A stretch of 64,000 nucleotides of DNA from Selaginella moellendorffii (GCF_000143415.4 NW_003314326.1:687827-751826); one strand, 5' to 3'. Shown: positions 1 to 13,072, numbered from the stretch's first letter. Notes: generated by a model from the sequence alone, not told the origin. Numbers and translations: made by a program.

Positions 1-440
1 ACAATGCATATAACAGGTTTTAGGCAATGTGATCTTAGTGGTCCAGAAAGACCTTTCCAAGATGCTTACCAGGAGGATCTTTTCAACAAGAGGGCCGGGT
101 GCATCACAAATGCTTGTGCCTACAGTTCATTCTTGAAGGACAGCGGGATGTTTTTCACAGCATGGAATGTGAGCAGTGCACAAGTTGGATTTTTGTCAAC
201 TGGAAATGGCCTAATTATAATTGATGCTCCCAGAATCAACAAACTGTTGGTGGTGCAAGCAAGTGCAACATCTTTGGCGCCGGCAATATCTAAAATATAT
301 GGAAGCTGCGCTTGAGAAGTCTGCCTGTGAAGATGAAGGAAAATGAAAATGATGGGATGTTAATGTCGTTAAGGACCAGTAAGAAACAACTTCATAAGTT
401 AGTGGTCTCAGTTTTTACTATATCATACGGAATATTCTGG

Positions 441-466
441 TTTAGGGTTTAGGGTTTAGGGTTTAG
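441..466 (+). repeat. Short interstitial plant telomere-type repeat (TTTAGGG)x3 plus a partial unit
   Basis: tttagggtttagggtttagggtttag read directly. Confidence 0.8.
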
Positions 467-566
467 TTTTCCCAGAACTTTAGAAAATTAAGAGAGAGTA
501 TGCTACAAATGTATTTTCCAAATAGGCTCATGTCCACTGCTTTCTTCAGCAACAATGTCACCATCC

Positions 567-1008
567 TCATGCAAACCCCCTTTTTCTCTCTTCCATTATC
601 TGAGTTATCTTGTGTAGCTCGTTGTTGAGCTTTTGATCCTTGTTTTGCTGCCATGTCTTTCTTCCATCTTGCATCTTAACACCAAATTGATAAGCGGCTT
701 TTGGAGTGGCTTCTTTCTGGTCGTTGTATTTAGACCATTCTTCTTCTGTCTCAAAGTCCCAGCGATGCAATCTTCCTTTAGCCTGGAGAATGAAGAACAC
801 AGTTAAAAGTAAACAAGATAAAGAAATCCTCCATTGCCACCGACGTCCATTTTCGTGAGATCCACGTCTTCATCACTGTCAACTATCTCTCTGTTGTACT
901 CCTGGTATCCTGGGTAACACTCCGAGTAGCTCTCTGACACGAAGTTTGGATCTTTCTCGCGAGAATCAAGCTCCCTTCGCTGACGGAGCCTTTGATCGTC
1001 CTTCCAGA
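567..1008 (-). pseudogene. SMU2: 3' exons of a RED/IK/SMU2-family splicing factor (RED_C domain), inverted relative to the 5' part
   Basis: Translations KDDQRLRQRRELDSREKDPNFVSESYSECYPGYQEY and KGRLHRWDFETEEEWSKYNDQKEATPKAAYQFGVKMQDGRK are RED C-terminal motifs; a short intron near 783-830 has a degenerate donor. Confidence 0.9.
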
Positions 1009-1283
1009 TGACATTTAATGCTGAACCAATAAAAAACTGCCACATGGACATTGTATTGTGAGTGAAATCTGCCACAGTAACACTCACCCTTTTACGAATT
1101 GCACGCCATAAAAAAATCTTTAAGCTTTTTGAAAGAGTCGCGATGGTTCCAATGCGTGGCAGGATTTCCATAAGATTTTTGAATGAATTTTGTTTGTACA
1201 CCTTTCCAGAAGTTATTTTTTTGCACAAGTGTGCAGCTGGAGATTGGCCTTTATTTCTTTCTGGGTGGCTTTCTCTATTCAGC

Positions 1284-3329
1284 ATGTGGGATTGGCCGGC
1301 AAGGACTTCAGCAGAAGCAATCTCTCGCGCCCAATCTCTCGCTGCCCCCCCCCTCCTCCGCGGCGCAGGAGCGATGGCGGATCGTCTGCGCGCCAGGAGA
1401 ATCTGTCCAATGCGGACTTCCGACGGATGGTCATGGAGACGCCACGGCGAGCTCCACCGGATGAGAGCTCTAAGGAGCAGCGCCCTAAAAAGTAAGTGTT
1501 AAGCTGCATTCCACAGGAGAACAGTCTTAAATGGATTTTCGATCCAGGAAGAATGCCGATGAGAGTGCAAAGCGTCCTCCTCGAAAGTTTCGGGCCGCCC
1601 AAGCCCAAAGACAATGAGTAAGCATTTTTCTCGCTTTCCGTTTGCTTACGCGACTTCATTGATATAGAGAGGAAAAAAAGCCGACGACGATCGAAGACAT
1701 TAATTTGCCGAAGTATCGTGACCGTGCTAAAGAGCGACGCGAGGATCAAAATCCAGACTACGAACTTATGGCTGCCGCATCAGGAATTAGCAGCTTACAC
1801 GCCGTAGCTCCTCCGGGAGCTGTCGATTTACAGTCAAGTAATCTGTTCTTACGTAGAATTTTCTTTTTCATGGTGGTGTGTTGTTATCCCGCAGGGCAGC
1901 TGAAAGAAGATATCCATAGCCAATAGCAAGTATCTTGGAGGTGAGTTTCACAGTTCCTTAAAATACTGCTTTTATGAACTGGTTTTGGTACAGGTGATGT
2001 CGAGCACACGCATCTGGTGAAGGGGCTGGACTACGCTCTCCTAAACAAAGTCCGGAGTGAGATTGATAAGAAACCAGAAGAATTTGAGCAGCAGGCTGAG
2101 GAAGAAATAAGGTGCAAAACTTCAATTTTGGTTTGCGTTTTCTCAGAGTACGTTTTTATTCAGGGTCCCAATAAAGTTCAATTCTCCAGCTGCGAGGGTA
2201 AAATCCTAGTTCGCTGTGAAGTTGTTCTAACCTTGAAAGAGTTCTCGCATTTTCTCAGGTGGTATACAAATGGTTGGTCAAGCCTCCAACTTCGAGCAAA
2301 ACAAACGACATGTTTCTTCCGGGTATGGCCTTTGCATTTGACATGGTAAGCCTTAAATTTATTTGGTGGATATCTAAAGTTTTCCGGAAATTCCAGGAAG
2401 AAATGACACACCATATTCCTACCATTGTGTACCGAAGCAAGGATGACTGTCCTACACCCGAGGTAAGCAAGAAGATAAGTGAGAGTTGTATTTACAGTGT
2501 TTTCCTTTCGATTTCACGCAGGAATTTGTGACTGTGGGAGTGGACATGGTTGTCTTAGATAGAATATCCAAAATCATGGCTTATTTGAAGCTGGGAGCTT
2601 CCAGTAAGGTGAGAGAGCTCGTTTGTTTTTTGTCTTAGCTAAAATCTCTAAGAGTTTCTTTATTTCCCAGGCCTCAAAGAAAAAGAGAAGAGACAAATCC
2701 AACTCGTAAAGTACGTTTTTTTTCATTCACTCTAAGAAGTTTCGGCCGACACTTGTTTGGCTTTCTCCAGGCACTGTAAAAGAAGAAGCGGCGGCACCAC
2801 CGGTTGACGTCAAACAACCAGCGATGAGTGATGGTGATGAAGCAAAGGATATCGACACTAGCACCGTCGAAGAGGAAGCACCAAAGGCTCGAGTCGTTGA
2901 AGACGACATATTTGCAGACGCTGGTACAGAGTACGTAGTAACCATGAACGGCAGTCCTTGATCCGAGGATATGGAGGAGTCTCCACGACGGGATGGAAAT
3001 GGTGGCGATTCACACTTTCAGGAGCAAAGATCACATGAAGACTGGGAACAGGCAAGCATTCTAGCTATCAGTTCTGGAAGACACCTGACTGGTTTTTCTT
3101 TACCTTCCAGGCTCCAGCGCAAGGTCCTGCGATGCCTCAGTGCGGTAGTGAGTGGCAATATTATCTTCCTTCTACTCCCGACGATCCTTCCTACGAATAC
3201 TACGCCAATCAGCTTAGCGTGGAAGGAAATGCAAGCGTTCCAGCAGCAGCCATTGCTCCTGCTCCTGCAAAGGATCCTCGCTTCATGACGCAGGAAGAGA
3301 AGGACAGAGGCATGAGTTCGGTTTTCTGG
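1284..3329 (+). pseudogene. SMU2: 5' multi-exon part of a RED/IK/SMU2-family splicing factor (RED_N domain), disrupted
   Basis: Exons encode LSNADFRRMVMETPR, PKYRDRAKERREDQNPDYE, SKYLGGDVEHTHLVKGLDYALLNKVRSEI, NDMFLPGMAFAFD, IPTIVYRSKDDCP and KDPRFMTQEEKDRGMSSVF. Introns are ~50-60 nt GT-AG. There is an apparent frameshift in the poly-C at ~1345-1353, an in-frame TAA at ~2707, and truncation at 3329. Confidence 0.88.
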
Positions 3330-5971
3330 CATCTATGTATAGCCCATTGTTCATATTATAATCGACCCATTGGGCCAGCATCCATGGGGTATCCATGAGG
3401 CACATATCGGTTTAAGAGACGCTTCCTTGCCTTACTGCCCTGCTTTAGTGCTCTGTTGTTCTATGCTCTGTAGAATCTGTTCTTGGCTATGGTGTAAGGG
3501 ATATTTCGGGTGGTATGGAGAGCTGCGGAGCTGCTAGGGATTGATAGCAATGGCCGCAATCACAGCTTCGGATTCCAGTGTTCTGGAGCAATTCCATCAC
3601 TTGTCATTGCCTTCTCCCCTGCGTTGCCATCCAGCTCGTCCCCGGCAGCTCCAGCTTGGCGACCTCCATCCTCAAGAATCGCAGTGCAAGATGGAGGAAG
3701 CAAGAGGATTCAACAATTGCCTAGACGCCGCGGCGGGTAACAATGGGAGCATCGATGGTTGCGAGCAGCACAGCGGCAGTTGGCAATGTGGGGAGGACAC
3801 GGCGATGGCCGTCGATGACAATCAAGGCTGCCACACTCCCAAATTCTAGATGGAGTTAGATGGAGTTCACTTACGCTTGCTATGACACTGAGGTGTGCCA
3901 GAAAAGGATAATTCTTCTTCTTTTGCCATGAGCGCCAAGAGCAAGATGTGAGAACATAGTGCTCTAGATAAAGTAGTATGGTATGCAATTTAGTCGATTG
4001 TCCATTTGGTTTGCAACATTAACAACTGCTGGAATGCATGGGATGAATGGGTCTATGGCCCATGAATGGCTCCATTCCATACATAGCATGGGTCATTGCT
4101 ATGGGCATGATGCCCCATCCAGGGCATAAGGATTGGATATTCGTAAAATATTCTATGCTTGTGTTTTTCTCACACTCATAATACACGTGGACCAATAACA
4201 GGCATACACGTGGTGTGAGTGAAATCCACCATTGTAAAATCCACCCTTTTACGAATTGCACGCTATATTTTTCCTTCCAATAATAAGTTTGGCCAAATGT
4301 ACTGGAAAGGTATTTTCTTCATGTAAATGATAACCGTGCACTAACTAAACTGAGGGTGATTTCACAGTGCTGTCCAACTGCATCGAAGAGCCTGAGTCTT
4401 AATGCCAATGACCATTCTAACTTGCTTATTTTACCACCGTTAATATGCCGGCCGAGTGTTAGCACTAGGTTTCTATTGGAAGCCTACCAACAAAGCACCA
4501 CATATAAAATGTAATAATATGCTGCTCCTTAATTAATCTGTCAAATATGTCACTTCAATTGTAAACAAAAATTAATCTAATTAGAATATACTAGATTATA
4601 AGTTATAAATATGTTTGGGGAAATTATAAAATTGACATATATCTAAATCATATAAAATTTTATATTTAGAAGTATCCAAGTATATCCTAGATATATCCAC
4701 TCTACTCCATTATAAAATATAAGTAAAAATTGAATGCATAAAAAGATCATTCTCAATAAAATTGTAGATATAGGAACATTTTATGATAAAATAATTTTAT
4801 TTTATTTCTTTTAGTCAGCAACGCTTACATTGCTTGGTTATTTATTATAATCTTGGATGGATGGAGCCACAAAGTTGCTTTGCTTGATCATGCTCATTCT
4901 TTGAAAACACTCAAAATTCCTTTGCCCACAGCAATCAAGGCAATTGATTATGATCATTAATGTAGAAACCTATCTTATTGAAGGCATTGTACAACTTCTC
5001 CCCACTGACTGTGCTCCCAACAAAAGGCATACACCCCAGTGTATTGGTAGGGATAAGTAGAAATACACTTGTTAATAATTGGGCTAATAGATGTTGGATT
5101 ATTCTGGAATTTGAATTGATAAGCAACTAAATTTTGTAGAGTAAATTTATTTTAAGATGGATCACACATGAGCAAGATAGATACACTGTGAAAATTAACA
5201 TTTGTTGCTCGAGAAATTTTTGGGACTTTTATATAAGAGATGTCCTAGACATTTAGCCTCTAGAGGAAAACCATCTCCATTTTGAAATTGATCAGAAAGT
5301 TAAGTGCTTACTCCTAAAAGTGATTGATAGGCCAATTTATAAAGGGAATATATTGCATACTAAAACCTTGTACCACTCACTCCACAAACGAGGCATAATA
5401 ACTAGGCTTGCCATAATAGCAACACCAACTGACCTTGAAATAAGTAGGCATAGACTAACAATTGATTTTACCTATAAATCTTTAGAGAGCATAGTTCTTA
5501 TGCATAAAACTATCACTATTTATACCAAACAAGGTGATAGATATACAATATTTCCCTTCACAATCTAATGAATAAAAAGCAATCTAAAAAAAAGTATTCA
5601 CAAGATCTAGAACGAGTTTATAGAGCACTTGCTCATGATATCCATGATCTTAACCTCCTTTCAAAATGGATTAAATTGCTCAATCAAGCTAGAGAAAAGT
5701 TTAAAAAAGAGTGAGCTGAAAACATATTAGGTACACTTTAATGAAAAGGAAATCATGACTTTGATGGTCATCCAGAATACGGGAATCCATATGCTACTCG
5801 GCAGTATTGGCACATAGAAAACACCTCTACTTCAGCTGAGAGTAATGAAACACAAAACAACTAGAGTGATTCCCCACAAAAGGAAGAAGAGCTAAATTTA
5901 CAACTGTAGTACACATGGTTTTTACCCTTTATCTTATGGTGATTTATCATAAGATAATCACAAAGCGGAAC

Positions 5972-7120
5972 TGTAAGTGATTAAATTTGCCATTCTACTT
6001 TAATCACTTAACCACACTTCCAACCACTTAAAGAAGTCTCACTCACAACCTCCATAAGTCATATTTTGGACTTAGGGCTTGCTAGCCCCAAACATGCATC
6101 CATGCCACTCAACCTTTACATTTGGTCCAAATGCTTCACAAATCCAATCCCATGACCATCACCCAAAGGTACCATCGACATATCAGCCCGTTATGCTAAT
6201 GCCATACCCATTCACTTTTGTCACATGGTGATCCAACACTACCTACATCACAATCCAGTTTTTCAAATACTAGACCATTCATCCATAAGTGATCATTTTA
6301 GATTCACTCCTTAGCATCCTTAGGATGCCCATAGACATAGGGAACAACCTTCTCTAATATCCCTTTTTTGGTCCTCACTAAGTCCCTTTCTGTCTATGGC
6401 CCTATTTGCCAATACTGCCACTGGGTCAAGGCTCACAGGCTTGACCATTAAGTCCCACTATCCTTTGGGACTTTTTCACTATGTGATTGCATCCTTGGTC
6501 ACTACATTAAAGGATTGCTCTTCTTCCTCTCCACAATTTAGGATTTTAGGATAACATTTTGGAACACCATAGCCCTATACGAGCCTCATAGGTATTCTCC
6601 TTACCTTTTGCATTTGGGTGCTATAGCCATGGGGCTAGAGTGAAGTTCTGTTAAGCCATGCCAAGTATCCAAGTAGGTAGTGCCACCCCCACTTGGACTA
6701 GGAGCATCAACCATTCGATCTCTTAGGGGAACTAGAGTCGGCTCTTGAACTCTTCATCAAGTTACCCCACTTGTCAGTTCGTATTCACTCTAACTTTGAA
6801 CTCCTCTGTCTCAATGGATATATCATCACCCAACACATAGGTTGGTCACATTTTTGGAACCCCTTGCAGCCCCCCCCCCCCCCCTTCCTTGGGGGGGCGA
6901 TTGCTTTGGGCTTTCACCCAATAGCATATATTAGTATTCGAACTCGAACTCGGTCTCAGTCTTGGTTCTATCTCAAACTCTATTTCGGACTCCATTTTAA
7001 GTCCATCTTGGACTCTATCTCAGGTCCATCTCGGACTCCATCTTAAGTCCATTTCGGACTCCATCCCGGGTCCATCTCGGACTCCATCTTAGACTCTATT
7101 TCGGGTCCATCTCAGACCCA
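5972..7120 (-). mobile_element. Truncated, degenerate LTR of the LARD-like family D
   Basis: Reverse complement of the LTR at 23480-25289; begins tgtaagtgatt and includes the poly-C/G block and hexamer array. Confidence 0.8.
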
Positions 7121-8354
7121 GATTGCTCTAAGTTTAAGCTTGTTTAAGTTTTCTAGTTTAGCAACTCTTTGCTTAAGACCTTTTTTTCGTCTAGGCCATT
7201 TTTAATTGTGATATGCAAAAAGGGAATTATAAATTCCATAAGCGGTAAAGCTTCCTGGCCATAAGTAAGACAAAATAGTGTCATGCCTGTGATTACTTTA
7301 TATGCAATCCTATAAACCCACAAAGCATCTAGGATTTACTTGTCTTAATCTTTTTTATTGTCGTTTACAATCTTTTTTAAGATATTCTTAAGCACTTTGT
7401 TAATAGATCCAACCTGGCCATTCCCTTACGGGTAATATAACATGGACTTTTTGTGCTTGAGGATAAATTCTTGTATAAAAATTTCTATTGTTTCATTGAT
7501 GAAATGGGTGCCTTTATCTATGATGATTTCTTTGGGCAAACCAAATCTTACAATGATGTTTTCATAAAAGAATTTGGTAGTGTTAGCAGCTGTGGCCTAT
7601 TTCATAAGCATAGTTTCTATTCATTTTGTCAAGACCCCCAACAAAATCAAGATTGGAAAATGTAGAAGACAAAGAGAAAAGCTAGTGGAAACGAAGGAGA
7701 CACTTTAGACTGGCATTGATTTAGATTGTGGAGAAATGGAACAAGGTTAACCTATATATACTATAGGTTGATGATGCTCCACCACTCTTGGATCGAGGAC
7801 GGCCTAGATATAGCTGAGGTCGACGAGGCACCACGTCATCATCAGGAATGTGGTTCGAGACTTAGGAATCATATGGGAAATCAGAGAGTCAAGAATAGGG
7901 AAGTGTCTTGAGAGTTAGGAATGTGGTCTACAGGTCAGGAATCTGGCAAGAGTCAGGAATGTGGCAAGAATTGGGGGATTCCTGACAACACCCCCTCCTC
8001 AAGAACAAGTGGAATGAGGATGTGAATGAGAACAAAGAGGAGGATGAGATGGGCGGGGAGGGACGGGAGATGGAGAATGAAAAGAATGAGGACTGGGATG
8101 AGAAGGATAGCAGCGGTGGAAGTCCTGAATAAGGTCAGGAGAATGAATTAGGTTGTCCGCAGGTTCCCAAGTGCGTTCCTCAGCTCCGTAACCCTTCTAG
8201 TCTACAAGATAGTAAAGTTTAGACCGTGAGATCTTGGAATCAAGGATGTCCTGAACCTCATACTCAGACCCATCCTCGAGCTACACTAGTGGAGGCAGAG
8301 GAATGACCGAATTTGGAATAGAACTAGGAATATAAGGTGTAAGCTCCTGAGTTT

Positions 8355-8412
8355 GGACTTTCCGGGAGGTCACCCAGCCTAGTACTATTCAAACCCAAGG
8401 ATGCTTAACTCC
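8355..8412 (-). promoter_or_regulatory. 5S rRNA-like internal Pol III promoter segment (box A/IE/box C region) in a Cassandra LTR; also present in the other Cassandra LTRs
   Basis: Minus strand gttaagcatccttgggtttgaatagtactaggctgggtgacctcccggaaagtcc matches plant 5S GTTAAGCGTGCTTGGGCGAGAGTAGTACTAGGATGGGTGACCTCCTGGGAAGTCC. Confidence 0.88.
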
Positions 8413-8887
8413 ACTATCCCAAGACCCTTAACCTTTGGAAAAGGGGGTGCACTCTTGTTCATGGGCCCTTTCCCTCTATATTTGAACCCCTATGGATCGT
8501 CTCTTAAGTTGTTCTCTTTGGTTGCTTACAATCCACCACGCTTCCCTGCAAGTTCAAGCCCTCGTGAACGGAAGCTGAGAGCCCCAGCTCTCCCGAGAGC
8601 CCTGCTCTCTTGACACCCTACCCCTTGGGTCGAGCCCAGCAGGAGCAAACTGGACCAGCCAGATGTCAATCAACATGTGGTGTGATTCCCCTAGCCAACC
8701 AACAGAGTCGGACACGAGACTGCTCCGATACCAAATGTAAGCTCCTGAGTTTGGACTTCCCGGGAGGTCACCTAGCCCAGTACTATTCAAACCCAAGGAC
8801 GCTTAACTCCACTATCCCAAGACCCTTAACCAATTGGAAAAGGGGGTGCACTTTTGTTCATGGGCCCTTTCCCTCTATATTTGAACC

Positions 8888-11800
8888 TGTAAGCCACAAA
8901 TTTTTCCTTTCCAATTTGCTAGCTTACCTCGTCTATCCGTCCAACACTGCCTTGGCTTTTGCTAAGTTCCCTTGCCAAGGTTCTCGCCTATGGTACCAGC
9001 TCCTACTTGGTTTCAGCTACTCACTACACGAGCAACGGAGTGTTAGCCATCCTTCCACGGATTCCCAAATCACTCCCAATCCCCCTCCCCGGGTTAGACT
9101 GGACTTAAGGTTCGGCTACACTCCCCGCAAGCACAAGCAGCCAAGCACACCAAGCTTCCAGGTTCCTAACATCCCTTGGTACCACAAGACTTGATCATGG
9201 GACCCTCTAAATCCCAAGTCTTGAGTGCAACACTTGCTTCGGGACGTCGGGGCGAAACACCGTGGCCTAGCGGCCCGGTATGGGTACCTCTCGCCCCCCA
9301 CTTCCATCCCGAAGGAAGGCCCAAGCCCCTAGGAAGGGCGAGGACCAATGAGCCGCATAGTACTCAAGTGGGGCACCACTCCACATGAGCCGGGAGCACC
9401 GCAATCGGTTTCCCTTTCGGGAGTGGGAGCTACTCTTGAGCACTTCCTTGGATGGCCCCTCCGGCACCAGCCAAGTCCATGCTCACTCCCACCCAAGGCC
9501 CCTTGGTCCCAGTCTCAACCTCAAGTCGGTTTAGGAGCTCCACTGGAGAGTCCCTTCAAAACTGGTTCCTGGACCTCACTATCCCTACTATACTTTTGGA
9601 ACCCCCTGCAGCCCCCCCCCCCCTGGGAGACACATGCTTTGGGCTTTCACCCCTTGACCCGTATTAGTACTGGGACTTAGTCTCTGGCTCGATCTCGGAT
9701 CCGATTTCGGATCCGACTTCGGATTCGGTCTCGGATTCGATCTCGGACTCGATCTCGGACCCGACCTCGGACTCGACCTCGGACTCGGTCTCGGACCCGA
9801 TTTCAGATCTCGGACTCCGTCTCGAACTCGGTCTCGAACTCGGACTCGAACTCGGTCCCCGAGTCGGTCTTGGACTCGATTCCGGACTCTATCTCGAACT
9901 CGGTCCTAGAGTCGGTCTTGGACTCGATCTTTGACTTGGTCCCATCCGATGAACTCTTTGTCATTTTGGTCATGCTTTCGGGGTTCCTTTAGCCTACGAC
10001 ACCTCGGCGAGTTGGTTCCTTACAACTCCACCACCCATAGAAGAAGTTCGATGCCCACATCGAACGTCTCTTTTTTATCCTACGACTTGTTGACCATGTC
10101 TCCGGGGGCATCCCCCCACTTAGCGGTGTGCCTAAGTCAGCCTCCCCGGCCAAGAGCCCATGACAACGGAATATAGGTGTCCCTATACTCCTCACCTCAC
10201 CACGCCCTAGTATGGGGTCGGGACTTGAACCCAGCCTTGCTTTACTAGGGGGTTGGGACTCGAACCCAACCTCTGTAGAATACGTCTACGGATTCGACAT
10301 CCCCGCAAGGAGTTAGGCGTAGCTCCCTACGCCTGGTTGACCTAGCTAACCCATGCTAATTAGCTTACCTTCGGCGCGCCTTCGGGTCCCAACATATGCC
10401 ATTGCTCAACTTCTCAAATTGATACTTTTAATTGAACTTTGCATAAGTACATAGAGTTCTACCATGCAGAAATTCCTCCACAAGATCTCGCGCGTTTGCT
10501 AGGTTCTCCTCCGGTTCCCATGTTGCTTCGCAGTGTGGAAATCCTTTCCACTTCACATGGAACTCTCTCACCTCGCGTCCTTGTCGCTTGCTCTTGCGCG
10601 CATTGAGGATGGCCTCGACTTCGTATTCCTCCTCCCCTTGGATAACCTCAGGTAAAGGTCTTACTTGGTCCTTGCGAAGCGGATCCTCAAAATACGGCTT
10701 GAGTAAGTTCACATGGAACACGGGATGCATCTTCCCCATCTCTCGAGGAAGTCGGAGACGGTAAGCCACTTTACCGATTCGAGCCTCAATCTCGTAAGGC
10801 CCCGCGAACCTGCTTAAGGAACTCAAGATCAATTCATTTACAGGAATACATGCATTTTTACCTTTGGGTCAACTTTCGGCTAATCCCACTTGGTAGCCTG
10901 AGGTTCTTGGTGTTCAGCCACACCTTCTCCCCAGCTTGGAACTCCACATCCCGTGTTCAACCACACCTTTTCCCTAGGTTGGAACTTTACATCTTGGCAC
11001 TTTTGGTTCGCGTACTTAGTTTGTCTTTGTTGAGCCCGTTCCAAGGAATCCCTCACTAGATTCCAAATGTTGAGTCTTTTCGCCGTGAATGCCTCCACTG
11101 CGGGTAACTCTCCATGATACTCGGCCATGCCGAGTTCCACAGGACCTTCAATAGCTCGCCCATTGATGACTTCCCATGGACTCACCCCGATGCTCGAATG
11201 TGGTGAGTTGTTATAACACATTTCCGCAAGTCCCAAATGACTTACCCAGTCGGTCTGGTCTCCCGAGACATAGCATCGCAAATAATCCTCCAGCTGCCTA
11301 TTCACCCTTTCCATTTGTCCGTCTGTCAAGAAGTGTTAGTGCCATCAATCTTGACTTAATACCCATTACCTGTCTGTGGGTGATAGGCTGTGCTGAATTT
11401 CAACTTGGTGCGATACTGTTCTAGGAGTGTCCTCCAGAACCTACTGGTGAAGATCTTATCTCGATCTGAGATAATCTCTTCCGGCCTTCCCCGCACTCGA
11501 ACCACTTGTTCGAAGAACAGCTTCGCCACACCTTCCGTTGCGCCACACCTTCTCTCGAGTTGTTCCCTTTGGTTGCTTACAATCCACCACGCTTCCCTAC
11601 AAGTTCACGCCCTCGTGAACAAAAGCTGAGAGCCGCAGCTCTCCCGAGAGCCTCGCTCTCTTGACACCCTACCCCTCGGGTCGAGCCCAGCTCTCTTGAC
11701 ACCCTACCCCTCGGGTCGAGCCCAGCGGGAGCAAATTGGACCAGCCAGATGTCAATCAACATGTGGTGTGATTCCCCTAGCCAACCAACAGAGTCGGACC

Positions 11801-12015
11801 CGAGACCCCTCTGATACCAAATGTAAGCTCCTAAATTTGGACTTCCCGGGAGGTCACCCAGCCCAGTACTATTCAAACCCAAAGACGCTTAACTCCAACT
11901 ATCCCAAGACCCTTGACCGATTGGAAAAGGGGGTGCACTCTTGTTCATGGGCCCTTTCCCTCTATATTTGAACCCCATGGACCATCTCTCGAGTCGTTCC
12001 CTTTGGTTGCTTACA
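8888..12015 (-). mobile_element. Hybrid retroelement: Cassandra 5' LTR, PBS and internal region (12015-11551) fused to family-A integrase, chromodomain, PPT and 3' LTR (11550-8888)
   Basis: A single TSD GAACC (8883-8887 and 12016-12020) flanks two different LTR ends; A-type LTR 8888-10024; chromodomain EEEYEVEAIL...FHVKWKGF...ATWEPEENL. Confidence 0.85.
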
Positions 12016-13072
12016 GAACCCCTATGGATCGTCTCTCAAGTCGTTCTTTTTGGTTGCTTACATAAGGCTTAAGAAGAGAGGAGTGAAAAAGGGGTGAATT
12101 TGATATAAGGAGGGAAGTGCAAGGTGATAGGTGATAGGATTAATGATAGCAGTGATAGGGAAGGACCGAGGTGCTTAAAATCAAGTTTGGGACATGGCCT
12201 GGTGGTGGAGATAGCTAGACTTTATCCCCTTTATTGTAAGGGGGACAATCCTGACGATGGACATTGGCAAATGTTTTGTGAGATTCCTGAGCACGATGGA
12301 GGTGGAAGGAGATGGAGTTGTGGATTTCTTGGAGGTTGGAGACAAATACCTCAAAGTGGGGATTTGAACGAGAGGATTTGGATGGAGAAGGAAGTGAGAG
12401 ATTGAATCAGGGATTTCGGCCAGAATTTGCAAAGAAGGGGGAAACTCAAAGGGAGGAGTGAACAGAGTTGTTACAGGAGAACTCAGCAAGGGGAAGGATA
12501 TCAAACCAGTCATTCTAATGATAGTTGATGAAGCACCTCAGGAATTGTTCCAACATCTGAATCGTTCGCTCGGACTGTCCATCAGTTTGAGGATGATACA
12601 CTGAAGCGAGGTTAGCCTTCACTCCAAGCAACTGATAAAACCGTTGCTAGAAATGAGAGATGAACTGAGGTCCCCAATCCAAAACCACATTTACAAGAAT
12701 TCCATGAAGTCGGAAAATTTCCCTAAATACCAATTTTGCCATGTCTTCGCCCGAAAACTCCTTGGTACACAGCAGGAAGTGCGCCATCTTTGTGAAGTGA
12801 TCCACCACAACTAAAATGCTGTTGAAGCCTCCAGAACTCAGAAGATCACTCAAGAAATCCATAGAGATGGATTCCGAGGAACCTGAAGGGACAGGGAGGG
12901 AATGAAACAAATCTGAAGGAAGGTGGTGAGGGACCTTATTCTAGGCGCAAGTGTCACAGGAGGTAACAAAAGCTTTGATGTAGTCGTCTATGTGAGGCCA
13001 CCAAAAGTCTTGTGCAACCAGCTCATAGGTTTTTGCAATGCCAAAGTGACCAGCAGTCGGGCTATCATGGCA

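Larger units (their letters stand above)
8338..12062 (-). mobile_element. Cassandra TRIM (5S rRNA-derived LTRs) inserted in family C; its 5' LTR is interrupted by a hybrid element
   Basis: LTRs 8338-8530 and 8736-8887 plus 12021-12062; TSD TAAGG (8333-8337 and 12063-12067); PBS-iMet at 8722-8733; ~205-bp internal region. Confidence 0.92.

Noticed and set aside
4-315. 103-aa ORF at the window edge
   Set aside because: No recognisable domain; may be the last exon of a gene outside the window but cannot be supported
441-466. Chromosome end or healed break
   Set aside because: Only about three telomeric units; such short telo-box tracts are common in plant genomes
4440-4470. Possible Helitron 3' end (hairpin plus CTAG)
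   Set aside because: The hairpin is weak, CTAG is followed by G rather than T, and no matching 5' TC end could be identified
8355-8412. 5S rRNA gene
   Set aside because: Only a partial 5S-like segment, embedded in TRIM LTRs (Cassandra)
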